64,000 bases of DNA, taken from contig JBLYYE010000010.1 in NCBI GenBank assembly GCA_048549915.1, forward strand, positions 68,543 through 132,542, given 5' to 3'. The translations under genes were made by a program, and so were the position numbers. Below are positions 56,042-64,000 of this stretch, piece after piece. Source of the DNA: Porticoccaceae bacterium. Lineage in GTDB: Bacteria > Pseudomonadota > Gammaproteobacteria > Pseudomonadales > Porticoccaceae. Numbering within the stretch: the first letter of the stretch is position 1; the number at the start of each line of letters is the position of its first letter. The notes below the pieces were generated by a model. That model was not told where the DNA came from. It did no database searches and was given only the letters and a program-made list of their open reading frames with translations.

Positions 56042-57412
56042 CTAACTCAGCGCATCCAGTGCCTCAGAAATATTTCTCACCGCCACCACTTCCATCCCTG
56101 GCAATGGCTTCTTGGGGGCATTAGCTGCCGCGACAATCGCTTTGGTAAAACCGTGTTTGGCCGCTTCGCGAAGCCGCTCCGGGCCATTGGGCACAGGGCG
56201 AATCTCACCGGCCAAACCGACCTCGCCGAATACCACCAACTGGCGCGGTAGCGGTTGGTTGCGGAAACTGGAAATTACCGCCAGTATCACCGCCAAATCG
56301 GCACTGGTCTCCAATACCTTGACGCCGCCCACCACGTTGACGAAAACATCTTGGTCTCCCACCATGATACCGCCGTGGCGGTGCAGTACCGCCAGCAGCA
56401 TGGCCAGACGATTGTGCTCTAGCCCCACGGTTACACGGCGCGGGTTGCCCAAATGGCTGTCATCGACCAAGGCCTGTAGTTCAACTAACAGCGGCCGAGT
56501 GCCCTCCCAGACCACCATCACTACGCTGCCCGAAGCAACCTCATCACCGCGCTGTAAAAATATCGCCGAGGGGTTGGCGATCTCGCGCAGACCGCGGTCT
56601 GTCATCGCAAAAACACCCAGTTCGTTGGCGGCGCCAAAACGGTTTTTACTGCTCCGAAGTATCCTAAAATGGCTGTCGCTGCTGCCCTCGAGCATCAACG
56701 AACAGTCAATCATATGCTCGAGGACTTTCGGACCGGCGAGCGAACCATCTTTCGTAACATGGCCCACCAGCAGCAAAATTGTCCCGCTCTGCTTGGCGTA
56801 GCGGACCATCATTGCCGCACTCTCGCGCACCTGAGAGACACTCCCAGGCGCCGAAGTAACCTCATCGAGATGCATAACCTGAATCGAGTCGATCACCAGT
56901 ATTTTGGGGCGGCGCTGTTCAGCGGTAGCGCAGATCACTTCGACAGAGGTCTCGGCCATTATCTCGACTTTATCGGTCGGCAAGCCGAGCCGATTGGCGC
57001 GCATGGCTACCTGCTGGGGGGACTCCTCTCCAGTCACATAGAGCGTGCTTTGCTGTTCGGCCAGGGCGCACAATGTCTGCAACAACAGGGTACTTTTACC
57101 AGCCCCCGGCTCTCCGCCCAACAGTACCGCGGAGCCCGGCACCAAACCGCCACCCAGGACCAAGTCCAACTCGCTGTTGGCGGTAGTAATACGGGGTATT
57201 TCAGCTAGCTCTATCTCAGCTAAAGTACTGATCTGCCCATCTGCTGCACCAGCGAATCCGCCGCCGCGCGCTACCGGCGCACCTTTGCCCAGGCGCACTT
57301 CGCTGAGGGTGTTCCAGGCCTGGCATTCACTGCACTGGCCCTGCCATTTAGTGAAATCTGCGCCGCAATCGCCGCAGACATAGGCGCGCTTCTGTTTTGT
57401 AGCCACCGCCAT
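56042..57412 (-). CDS. radA: DNA repair protein RadA (Sms)
   Basis: 456 aa. It has a C4 zinc finger (YVCGDCGADFTKWQGQCSEC), Walker A GEPGAGKST, the KNRFG motif and a Lon-like C-terminal domain. Confidence 0.95.
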   Translation of the reverse strand: MAVATKQKRAYVCGDCGADFTKWQGQCSECQAWNTLSEVRLGKGAPVARGGGFAGAADGQISTLAEIELAEIPRITTANSELDLVLGGGLVPGSAVLLGGEPGAGKSTLLLQTLCALAEQQSTLYVTGEESPQQVAMRANRLGLPTDKVEIMAETSVEVICATAEQRRPKILVIDSIQVMHLDEVTSAPGSVSQVRESAAMMVRYAKQSGTILLLVGHVTKDGSLAGPKVLEHMIDCSLMLEGSSDSHFRILRSSKNRFGAANELGVFAMTDRGLREIANPSAIFLQRGDEVASGSVVMVVWEGTRPLLVELQALVDDSHLGNPRRVTVGLEHNRLAMLLAVLHRHGGIMVGDQDVFVNVVGGVKVLETSADLAVILAVISSFRNQPLPRQLVVFGEVGLAGEIRPVPNGPERLREAAKHGFTKAIVAAANAPKKPLPGMEVVAVRNISEALDALS

Positions 57413-57459
57413 TTCCTCGCAAAAAATTATTTTTCGTCAATGAAGAGAATACCTCAAAA

Positions 57460-57475
57460 CTGTATGAATATACAG
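57460..57475. promoter_or_regulatory. LexA (SOS) box in the radA / dnaT-like divergent intergenic region
   Basis: CTGTATGAATATACAG fits CTGT-N8-ACAG with an AT-rich spacer, close to the gammaproteobacterial consensus CTGTATATATATACAG. It lies 48 nt from the radA ATG and 65 nt from the plus-strand gene ATG. Confidence 0.6.
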
Positions 57476-57539
57476 CTTGCTGCCAACGCTAGTCTCCACA
57501 CTTCTTCTGACCTTTGATGGTTTCTGTTAAAGTGGCGAC

Positions 57540-58661
57540 ATGTCCCTTTTTCCCGAGAAAGTCCTCACCCTATCGCCCACTCTCGCCGCCGCTATTGGCG
57601 TCGAAGAAGCACTGCTATTACAGCTGCTTGGCGACTGGCGAGCACTGCAAAGTGGCGAGCAGCGCGATGGCTTCTGTTGGTATCAAATTGAACTCGCCCA
57701 GCTGCACCAGTGCGCCCCGTTCTGGAGCAGCGAACAGCTGCAGCGACTGGTCGCAAGTCTGCATGAGAAAGGCCTTTTACTTTACCGAGGCGGCCGCATT
57801 GGCAGCGACAACCTATTCACTTTTGCATTCAACGAAGCGAGCGGCAACCACCGTCCAGCGACAGTAACCGCTCCGCCGGCAGCGCCGCCAACGGTGAGCG
57901 CAACCAACCCCGCACCGGCCAAAACTATCGACAACAGCTGGCAGCCGAGTGAAGATGCACTGCGCCAACTCGGCCAACTCGGGGTAAGCCGCGAGTTCTC
58001 TCTCACCCAACTGCCACAATTTACCGCCTACTGGCGCGACCGCAATGTCTCGCGACACAGCTGGGAGTCTAAGTTTATCAAAGAGGTGTGGCGCCAGTGG
58101 CAGCAGCAGATGAGCACCGACCAACGTCGCGCTGCACAACAGCCGATGTCTGCCAGTTGGCGCCCCTCGGCTGATGCCCTGCGCATCCTTACCGAGCAAG
58201 GCGGTATCAACAGCAACTTTATTGAGGACGCTATCCCCGAGTTCGTCCTCTACTGGCGAGACCGCGGCGAACGCTCATCGACCTGGGATTCAAAGTTTAT
58301 CAGTCATATTCGCCACCAGTGGCAACACTATTGCGGGCTGATTCAAAACGACCACGCACCTCGAGTCATCAGTGCTGACTGGCAACCCAATCCAGCGGTC
58401 TACGATCTGCTCGAGATGGCCAACATCGAACGCCGTTTCGCAGAGCAGTTGATAGCCGAGTTTGTGCTCTACTGGCGCGAAAGCGGCAAGCCACAGAGCT
58501 CTTGGAGCAGTAAATTTTTACAGTTCGTCAAACGCCAATGGGCGCGCGATAACAGTGCAACGGTAGATAAATCTCATGGCCAAAACCACGCTCAACCATC
58601 AACTCGCCTCCGCAACCGCAGCTTTGTCGAAGACCTCACCGACCGCAGCTGGGCATCCTGA
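57540..58661 (+). CDS. DnaT-like protein: N-terminal wHTH-like domain, Pro/Ala linker, then three tandem DnaT C-terminal (ssDNA-binding) domain repeats
   Basis: 373 aa. The repeats are at residues 134-189, 207-262 and 281-336 (nt 57939-58106, 58158-58325, 58380-58547). Each follows the pattern W(Q/R)P..............F..YWR..........W.SKF......QW. This aligns by eye to E. coli DnaT DWQPDADFIRLAALWGV...[26 protein letters not shown]. Confidence 0.6.
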   Translation: MSLFPEKVLTLSPTLAAAIGVEEALLLQLLGDWRALQSGEQRDGFCWYQIELAQLHQCAPFWSSEQLQRLVASLHEKGLLLYRGGRIGSDNLFTFAFNEASGNHRPATVTAPPAAPPTVSATNPAPAKTIDNSWQPSEDALRQLGQLGVSREFSLTQLPQFTAYWRDRNVSRHSWESKFIKEVWRQWQQQMSTDQRRAAQQPMSASWRPSADALRILTEQGGINSNFIEDAIPEFVLYWRDRGERSSTWDSKFISHIRHQWQHYCGLIQNDHAPRVISADWQPNPAVYDLLEMANIERRFAEQLIAEFVLYWRESGKPQSSWSSKFLQFVKRQWARDNSATVDKSHGQNHAQPSTRLRNRSFVEDLTDRSWAS

Positions 58662-59247
58662 CAGTGCAGCGCAACCGCCGTTATCCGCAGAGCTGATTGA
58701 TGCGATCAACCAGGTATTTGCCTTATTTCGCGCCAACTACCACAACCAGTACTACAGCGCTTTTGGCAATGACCAAGGCTCTGTCGCGATCACTAAAAAA
58801 CTTTGGCTGCAAACACTGCGCAGTTTTCCCGCCGAGGTAATCTGTACAGCGGCCGAACGCATAATCGCCGAAAGTGAATATCTGCCAACGCTGCACAAAA
58901 TGCTCGACGCCTGTCGCCGCGCCGGGCTGCCTGGCCAACTGCCAAGCCCGCTGGCGGCTTACCGCGAGGCGTGCAATACCGCCAGCCCAAAAGCGGCACA
59001 GCACTGGAGCCACGCCGCGGTCTATCTTGCTGGGCGCGACTGCGGCTGGTACCGACTGGCCAACTTTAGTGAGCGCCAAGTACTGCCTGAGTACAGCGAA
59101 ATTTATCAGCGCTATGCCGACCGTGTTGCCGCCGGCGAAACACTGTGCGTAGAGCCGCCGCCGGCTCTCGAAGAGAGCCCTCATCGCCCCGCTAGCGCCG
59201 CGACAGCGGAACACAACATGGCATCACTCAAAGCCCTTTTTGATTGA
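58576..59247 (+). CDS. Bacteriophage lambda replication protein P-like protein (helicase-loader family)
   Basis: 223 aa. IDAINQVFALFRANY...KKLWLQTLRSFPAEVICTAAERIIAESEYLPTLHKMLDACRRAGLPGQLPSP parallels lambda P IINGVFSQLLATFPA...RRQWVLAFRENGITTMEQVNAGMRVARRQNRPFLPSPGQFVAWCREE..GLP. The only canonical start (ATG 58576) overlaps the upstream gene by 86 nt, so the start is uncertain. Confidence 0.5.
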   Translation: MAKTTLNHQLASATAALSKTSPTAAGHPDSAAQPPLSAELIDAINQVFALFRANYHNQYYSAFGNDQGSVAITKKLWLQTLRSFPAEVICTAAERIIAESEYLPTLHKMLDACRRAGLPGQLPSPLAAYREACNTASPKAAQHWSHAAVYLAGRDCGWYRLANFSERQVLPEYSEIYQRYADRVAAGETLCVEPPPALEESPHRPASAATAEHNMASLKALFD

Positions 59248-59280
59248 CCCATGGCAGACCCTCTAGCGCGAGAAATCTCT

Positions 59281-61053
59281 ATGAGCGAGACACAGATCAC
59301 ACACAACTCCAGCGCTCGGCGCATGGCAAAAACGGTACTCAATGGCTTTAACAGCTACTTTGCCGACTATCTCAATGCCACCCTAGCCGCCAAAGCGCGC
59401 TTCGAAAAAGCCGATTGGCAAGCGGTACAACAAGCCAATGTGATGCGCTTGGAGCTCTATAAAGAAAAAGTCCACCAGACTGTGCAGTTTCTCGGCATCG
59501 TCACTAATCGCGACATCCGCTCACTGGATTTGTGGCGCCAAGCCAAATCCGCCTACTCGCAGCTGGTCTCCAATTTCCCCAATTTTGAAATCGCCGAAAC
59601 TTTTTTTAACTCAGTTTTTGCCGATGTTCACGACCACGACAAAATAGATGACGATATTATTTATGTGCTCTCGTCGCAGATGCTGACCCAGCCGAGCTCT
59701 GAGTACTCCATCTACATACACTACCAAGGTAGTGACTGCCGCGATCTGTTTAGACGCCTACTCGAGGAGTCTGAATTCTCACTGCCTTTTGAAGACCTTG
59801 AAGATGACTTAGATGGCATTGTCGCCAATTTTGTCGCGCAACACGGTGAGCACTACAACAACGGCACTGTCGAGATAGGCATCGATCTACTAGAGTCAGT
59901 TTTCTACCGCGGCAAAGCCGCCTATATGGTCGGGCGCATCACCCTAGATGGCGATAGCCATCCTATGATTCTCGCTATCCTCAACAATGACCATGGCAGT
60001 TGCTACGTAGACACCGCGCTATTCAGCCAAGACGATATGAGCGTGATATTCAGCTTTGCTCGCAACCATTTTATGGTCGACGCTCCGCTGCCCTATCAAT
60101 ACGCGCATTTCTTAAAACAGCTGATGCCCAGAAAACGCGATTACGAAATCTACAACGCACTCGGTTTTCCCAAGCACGCTAAAACCGAATTCTACCGCGA
60201 ACTGGTCGGGCACCTGCGCAGTTCTGACGATCAATTTATTATCGCACCCGGGATCAAAGGTATGGTGATGACAGTATTCACCCTGCCCAGCTACAACATC
60301 GTCTTTAAAATTATTAAAGATAAATTTGCCCCACCCAAAGAGGTCACTCACGAGATTGTTCGCGACCGCTACCGATTGGTATCGCGCCACGACCGCATCG
60401 GCCGCATGGCAGACACCCAGGAGTTCGACAATTTAGTTTTCCCGCTAGCGCGGTTCTCTCCCGAGCTGATCGCAGAGCTTCAGAAAGTCGCCGCCTCGCA
60501 AATCGTTATCGATGGCGACCGCCTGATTATTCGCCACCTCTATACCGAGCGCTACATGACACCGCTCAACATTTATCTGGAGAACGCCGACGAAGCAGAG
60601 CAGCGCAACGCCATCGAAGAGTACGGCAACTGCATTAAACAGCTTGCCGCCGCCAACATCTTCCCCGGCGATATGCCGCTGAAAAACTTTGGTGTCACCC
60701 GCCACGGTCGAGTGGTTTTCTACGACTACGACGAAATCGAACTGCTCACCGACTGTAACTTCAGGCGTATTCCAGAGCCGGTGCACGAAGAGGACGAACT
60801 GCGCGCTGGCACCTGGTATACGGTGGGTCCACAGGATATTTTCCCTGAAGAATTTAGACTGTTCTTCTCTGGCAAACCAAAAGCGCGCAAGGTCTTTGAA
60901 GAGATGCACGGCGAGCTATACGACGTAGAGTTTTGGCACAACCTGCAAGAGAAAATACGCGCCGGTTATGTGGTTGATGTCTTCCCCTACCGGCGTGCCA
61001 AACGTTTTCCTCGCCACCAAGATGACGACCGCTTACAGATCTACTCGAGTTAA
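59281..61053 (+). CDS. aceK: Isocitrate dehydrogenase kinase/phosphatase
   Basis: ORF 59251..61053. ATG 59281 (MSETQITHN...) is favoured by alignment to the E. coli AceK N-terminus. Strong identity blocks include APGIKGMVMTVFTLPSYNIVFKIIKDKFAPPKE, GRMADTQEF and IFPGDMPLKNFGVTRHGRVVFYDYDEI. Confidence 0.9.
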   Translation: MSETQITHNSSARRMAKTVLNGFNSYFADYLNATLAAKARFEKADWQAVQQANVMRLELYKEKVHQTVQFLGIVTNRDIRSLDLWRQAKSAYSQLVSNFPNFEIAETFFNSVFADVHDHDKIDDDIIYVLSSQMLTQPSSEYSIYIHYQGSDCRDLFRRLLEESEFSLPFEDLEDDLDGIVANFVAQHGEHYNNGTVEIGIDLLESVFYRGKAAYMVGRITLDGDSHPMILAILNNDHGSCYVDTALFSQDDMSVIFSFARNHFMVDAPLPYQYAHFLKQLMPRKRDYEIYNALGFPKHAKTEFYRELVGHLRSSDDQFIIAPGIKGMVMTVFTLPSYNIVFKIIKDKFAPPKEVTHEIVRDRYRLVSRHDRIGRMADTQEFDNLVFPLARFSPELIAELQKVAASQIVIDGDRLIIRHLYTERYMTPLNIYLENADEAEQRNAIEEYGNCIKQLAAANIFPGDMPLKNFGVTRHGRVVFYDYDEIELLTDCNFRRIPEPVHEEDELRAGTWYTVGPQDIFPEEFRLFFSGKPKARKVFEEMHGELYDVEFWHNLQEKIRAGYVVDVFPYRRAKRFPRHQDDDRLQIYSS

Positions 61054-61098
61054 TCTTCAACCGATTAGAGAGTCTAACCGCGCAGGGAGCACAACAGC

Positions 61099-61917
61099 TT
61101 AGTCATCTATACGGCGCACAACTCTTTGCGGGAACGGGATAGTGATCCCTGCATCATCAAAGGCATTTTTTACCGCCTCAGTCAGCGCAAAATGGGTTGG
61201 CCAGTAATCGCTGCTGGCCACCCACGGCCGAGCAATTAAGTTGACACTACTGTCGGCCAATGTGTGCACCGCCACCACGGGAGCAGGCTCGGCCAGCACC
61301 CGCGGATCGGCTGCCACAACTTCGCGCAATAGCTCTTGTGCACGCGTCAAATCGTCGCTGTAACTGACCGAAAACACCAAGTCGATGCGCCGGGTGGAGT
61401 TGGCGGAGTAGTTGATAATACTGCCCGAGATGATTTGCCCGTTGGGGACAATAATTTTTTTATTGTCGGGGCTATTTAGCTCGGTAGTAAAGATTTGTAT
61501 ACGCTGCACGGTACCGGCAATACCGGCCATTTCGACATAATCGCCAATTTTAAAGGGGCGAAACACCAGCAGCAGCACACCGGCGGCAAAGTTAGAGAGC
61601 GAGCCTTGCAGCGCCAAACCAATTGCCAGACCGGCCGCACCGACCACAGCTACCAGCGAGGCGGTTTGCACCCCCAACTGGCCGAGCGCCGCGATGACAA
61701 TCGCCGCCAATAAACCCCAGTTGAGCATGTTGGACAAAAAGTGGCTGACCGCTGCATCGACGCGGCGCTGCTCCATCAGCCGCTCAGCCCAATTGACCAG
61801 CCGTGCAGCCACCCAGCGGCCGATAATAAATATTGCCGCAGCGCTAATTAACTGAACAGCGTAACCGACCGCCACCCCTTGGGCTTGCTCTAAGTATCCC
61901 ACCACTGACGTTTCCAC
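61099..61917 (-). CDS. mscS: Small-conductance mechanosensitive channel (MscS family)
   Basis: 272 aa. It has three TM helices followed by the MscS beta-domain motif (FKIGDYVEMAGIAGTVQRIQIFTTEL...DNKKIIVPNGQI). Confidence 0.85.
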   Translation of the reverse strand: METSVVGYLEQAQGVAVGYAVQLISAAAIFIIGRWVAARLVNWAERLMEQRRVDAAVSHFLSNMLNWGLLAAIVIAALGQLGVQTASLVAVVGAAGLAIGLALQGSLSNFAAGVLLLVFRPFKIGDYVEMAGIAGTVQRIQIFTTELNSPDNKKIIVPNGQIISGSIINYSANSTRRIDLVFSVSYSDDLTRAQELLREVVAADPRVLAEPAPVVAVHTLADSSVNLIARPWVASSDYWPTHFALTEAVKNAFDDAGITIPFPQRVVRRIDD

Positions 61918-61944
61918 ACTGTCACCTCGCTATTGTTTACCGCT

Positions 61945-64000
61945 TTATTCTAGCCCTAAACCGTCAACTTTCTGGAAACCGCGCGGCAATTTATGACCGC
62001 GCCTGCCACGCTCACCTATGTAGTGTTCGAGGTCTTTGCCCTTCATCGATAGGTGTCGCTTGCCAGAGTAAACTTGTAGCGCTCCCCCGGCGGGCACTAC
62101 CGCGCAATCGACCACAAACTCTTCGCGGCTCTGCAGGCGCGAGCTGGGAATACTCAGCAGTTTATTGCCTTTACCGCGAGCTAATTCCGGAACTTCACTG
62201 AGCGGGAAGACCAACATGCGCCCCTCGTTGCTGACTAATGCCACCAAGGCGTCTTCGCTATCGATCAACTTGGGCGACAACACGCGCGCCCCTTTAGGCA
62301 GAGATACAACGGCCTTCCCGGCTCGGTTTTTGGTGTAAAGATCGCCCACTTTGGCGACAAAGCCGTAACCCGCGTCCGAGCTCAGCAGCACTTTCTGCTC
62401 ATCGCCACCCATCAACAAATTAGCGATTACTGCCCCCGCCGGCAGATTGAGCCGCCCGGTAGCCGGCTCGCCTTGGCCGCGCGCCGAAGGCAAGGTATGC
62501 GCTGCCAGGGCATAGAAACGGCCAGCACTGTCTTGTAAGAACAAGTTTTGGTTACTGCGCCCCTTGGCCGCGGCCAAGAAGCTGTCGCCCGCTTTGTAGT
62601 TGAGCGAAGTGGGATCAATCTCATGACCCTTGGCAGCGCGTATCCAGCCCTTGTCTGAAAGTACGGCGGTAATCGGCTCGCTAGGTAACAGCTCGGTTTC
62701 GTTAAAGGCCTGTGTTTCAGCGCGCTCGACCAGCGGTGAGAGACGCTCATCACCAAACTCATCAGCCGCTTGCTGAAGCTCTTTCTTGACTAAAGTTTTC
62801 AAGCGCGCATCGGAGCTCAGCAGCAATTCCAACTTGGCTTTCTCTTCGGCCAATTGCTCTTGCTCCGCGCGAATTTTAACCTCTTCAAGACGCGCCAACT
62901 GACGCAGTTTTGTGTCAAGAATATAGTCGGCTTGTACCTCGGTGAGCCCAAATCGCTCCATCAATACCGCTTTGGGTTCATCCTCAGTGCGGATGATGTG
63001 AATGACCTCGTCGATATTGAGGAAGGCGGTCAACAAGCCCTCCAACAGATGCAAGCGCCGATCTACTTTGTCGAGCCGGTGCTCGAGGCGACGCCGTGTG
63101 GTATCCACTCGGAACGCGAGCCACTCTTTGAGGATCTCGCGCAGCGACATCACTCCCGGTTTACCATCGCGGCCAATAATATTGAGGTTAACTCGGTAGC
63201 TGCGCTCAAGATCGGTAGTGGCGTAGAGGTGGCCCATTAGCCCCTCGATATCGACGCGGTTTGAACGCGGGGTAATTACCAAGCGACAAGCGTGCTCGTG
63301 GTCGGACTCATCGCGCAGATCCTCCACCATCGGCAGTTTCTTATTGCGCATTTGCGCGGCAATCTGCTCGAGTATTTTTGACCCCGAAGCTTGGAACGGC
63401 AGTGCGGTGACAATGATGTCGCCATCCTCTTTGTGCCACACCGCCCGCATCTTCACCGAGCCGCGGCCGCTCTCATAGATCGCCAGCAGATCGCTGCGCG
63501 GGGTAATAATCTCCGCTTCGGTCGGGTAGTCCGGGCCGGGCACAATTTCGCACAGCTCGGCCGTGGTCGCCTTGGGATTGTCCAATAGGTGAATACAAGC
63601 CGAAACCACTTCGCGCAGGTTGTGTGGCGGAATATCGGTCGCCATGCCCACAGCAATACCGGTTGTACCGTTGAGCAGCACATTGGGTACGCGCGCCGGT
63701 AGTATCTCTGGCTCGTCCATACTACCGTCAAAGTTGGGTTTCCAATTAACCGTGCCTTGGCCGAGCTCGGAGAGCAGTAGCTCGGCATAAGGGCTCAACT
63801 TGGATTCGGTATAACGCATCGCAGCAAACGATTTAGGGTCATCCGCAGAGCCCCAGTTGCCCTGGCCATCGACCAGTGGATAGCGGTAGGAGAACGGCTG
63901 TGCCATAAGGACCATCGCCTCATAGGCGGCGCTGTCCCCATGCGGGTGGAACTTGCCAATCACATCGCCGACTGTGCGCGCCGACTTTTTATGTTTGGCG
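61945..64000 (-). CDS. parC: DNA topoisomerase IV subunit A. The N-terminal about 70 aa lie beyond the window end.
   Basis: The ORF 61945..63963 continues open to the window edge (…[47 protein letters not shown]). The active-site region AAMRYTE is present. The short C-terminal domain and the lack of a GyrA box fit ParC rather than GyrA. Confidence 0.9.
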   Translation of the reverse strand, partial: AKHKKSARTVGDVIGKFHPHGDSAAYEAMVLMAQPFSYRYPLVDGQGNWGSADDPKSFAAMRYTESKLSPYAELLLSELGQGTVNWKPNFDGSMDEPEILPARVPNVLLNGTTGIAVGMATDIPPHNLREVVSACIHLLDNPKATTAELCEIVPGPDYPTEAEIITPRSDLLAIYESGRGSVKMRAVWHKEDGDIIVTALPFQASGSKILEQIAAQMRNKKLPMVEDLRDESDHEHACRLVITPRSNRVDIEGLMGHLYATTDLERSYRVNLNIIGRDGKPGVMSLREILKEWLAFRVDTTRRRLEHRLDKVDRRLHLLEGLLTAFLNIDEVIHIIRTEDEPKAVLMERFGLTEVQADYILDTKLRQLARLEEVKIRAEQEQLAEEKAKLELLLSSDARLKTLVKKELQQAADEFGDERLSPLVERAETQAFNETELLPSEPITAVLSDKGWIRAAKGHEIDPTSLNYKAGDSFLAAAKGRSNQNLFLQDSAGRFYALAAHTLPSARGQGEPATGRLNLPAGAVIANLLMGGDEQKVLLSSDAGYGFVAKVGDLYTKNRAGKAVVSLPKGARVLSPKLIDSEDALVALVSNEGRMLVFPLSEVPELARGKGNKLLSIPSSRLQSREEFVVDCAVVPAGGALQVYSGKRHLSMKGKDLEHYIGERGRRGHKLPRGFQKVDGLGLE

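Noticed and set aside
57540-59247. Reading the lambda-P-like and DnaT-like genes as a prophage or mobile element remnant.
   Set aside because: No integrase, repressor, structural or lysis genes, tRNA attachment site or flanking direct repeats are visible. The neighbours on both sides are core genes. An ancient domestication cannot be excluded and is in fact the hypothesis reported.
59251-61053. aceK directly downstream of the P-like gene as a functional operon link, or as an odd location away from aceBA.
   Set aside because: The better-supported aceK start (59281) leaves a normal spacer. Stand-alone aceK is common outside enterics, so the adjacency is most likely incidental.

Overview
The window is a compact, almost fully coding stretch of core chromosome from a moderately GC-rich gammaproteobacterium. 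The gene orders nrdR-ribD-ribE-ribBA-ribH-nusB-thiL-pgpA and gpmI-envC-ctpA resemble Pseudomonadales, Cellvibrionales and Oceanospirillales. I call about 55 CDS plus a few regulatory elements. I saw no rRNA, tRNA, CRISPR array, IS element, integrase or obvious prophage or defence island. All protein family calls rest on motifs I recognise by eye in the supplied translations; no searches were run. Main blocks are: metY (partial), dtd, mpl, a PFK-family kinase, an RND/MMPL exporter, uup, gpmI, envC-like, ctpA; hisF-ribA-pgpA-thiL-nusB-rib operon-nrdR; a NUDIX gene, glyA and rlmD. Next comes a six-gene MoxR/DUF58/DUF4381/VWA/VWA-TPR/BatD (Bat-like) operon, then the fused B12-dependent mutase icmF with a divergent GntR/FadR regulator. 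After that are a bactofilin plus an orphan methyltransferase-like gene, a yheS-like ABC-F gene, DUF3820, an M6 (InhA/PrtV-like) metalloprotease, an EF-hand protein, rapA, ettA and a hotdog thioesterase. The rest is a DUF4404 plus unknown membrane protein pair, amt with a sigma-54 promoter, a cobalamin-riboswitch-controlled btuB-cobO-btuCDF operon, nhaA, radA, aceK, mscS and parC (partial). The most unusual locus is at 57.4-59.3 kb. A protein with three tandem copies of the DnaT C-terminal domain is followed by a lambda-P-like (helicase-loader family) protein. The pair sits outside any prophage context, diverges from radA, and shares a near-consensus LexA box with it. This looks like a non-DnaC analogue of the E. 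coli dnaT-dnaC operon, possibly SOS-controlled. The other findings are lower-interest observations on poorly characterised loci. I do not claim a clear novel system elsewhere in the window.
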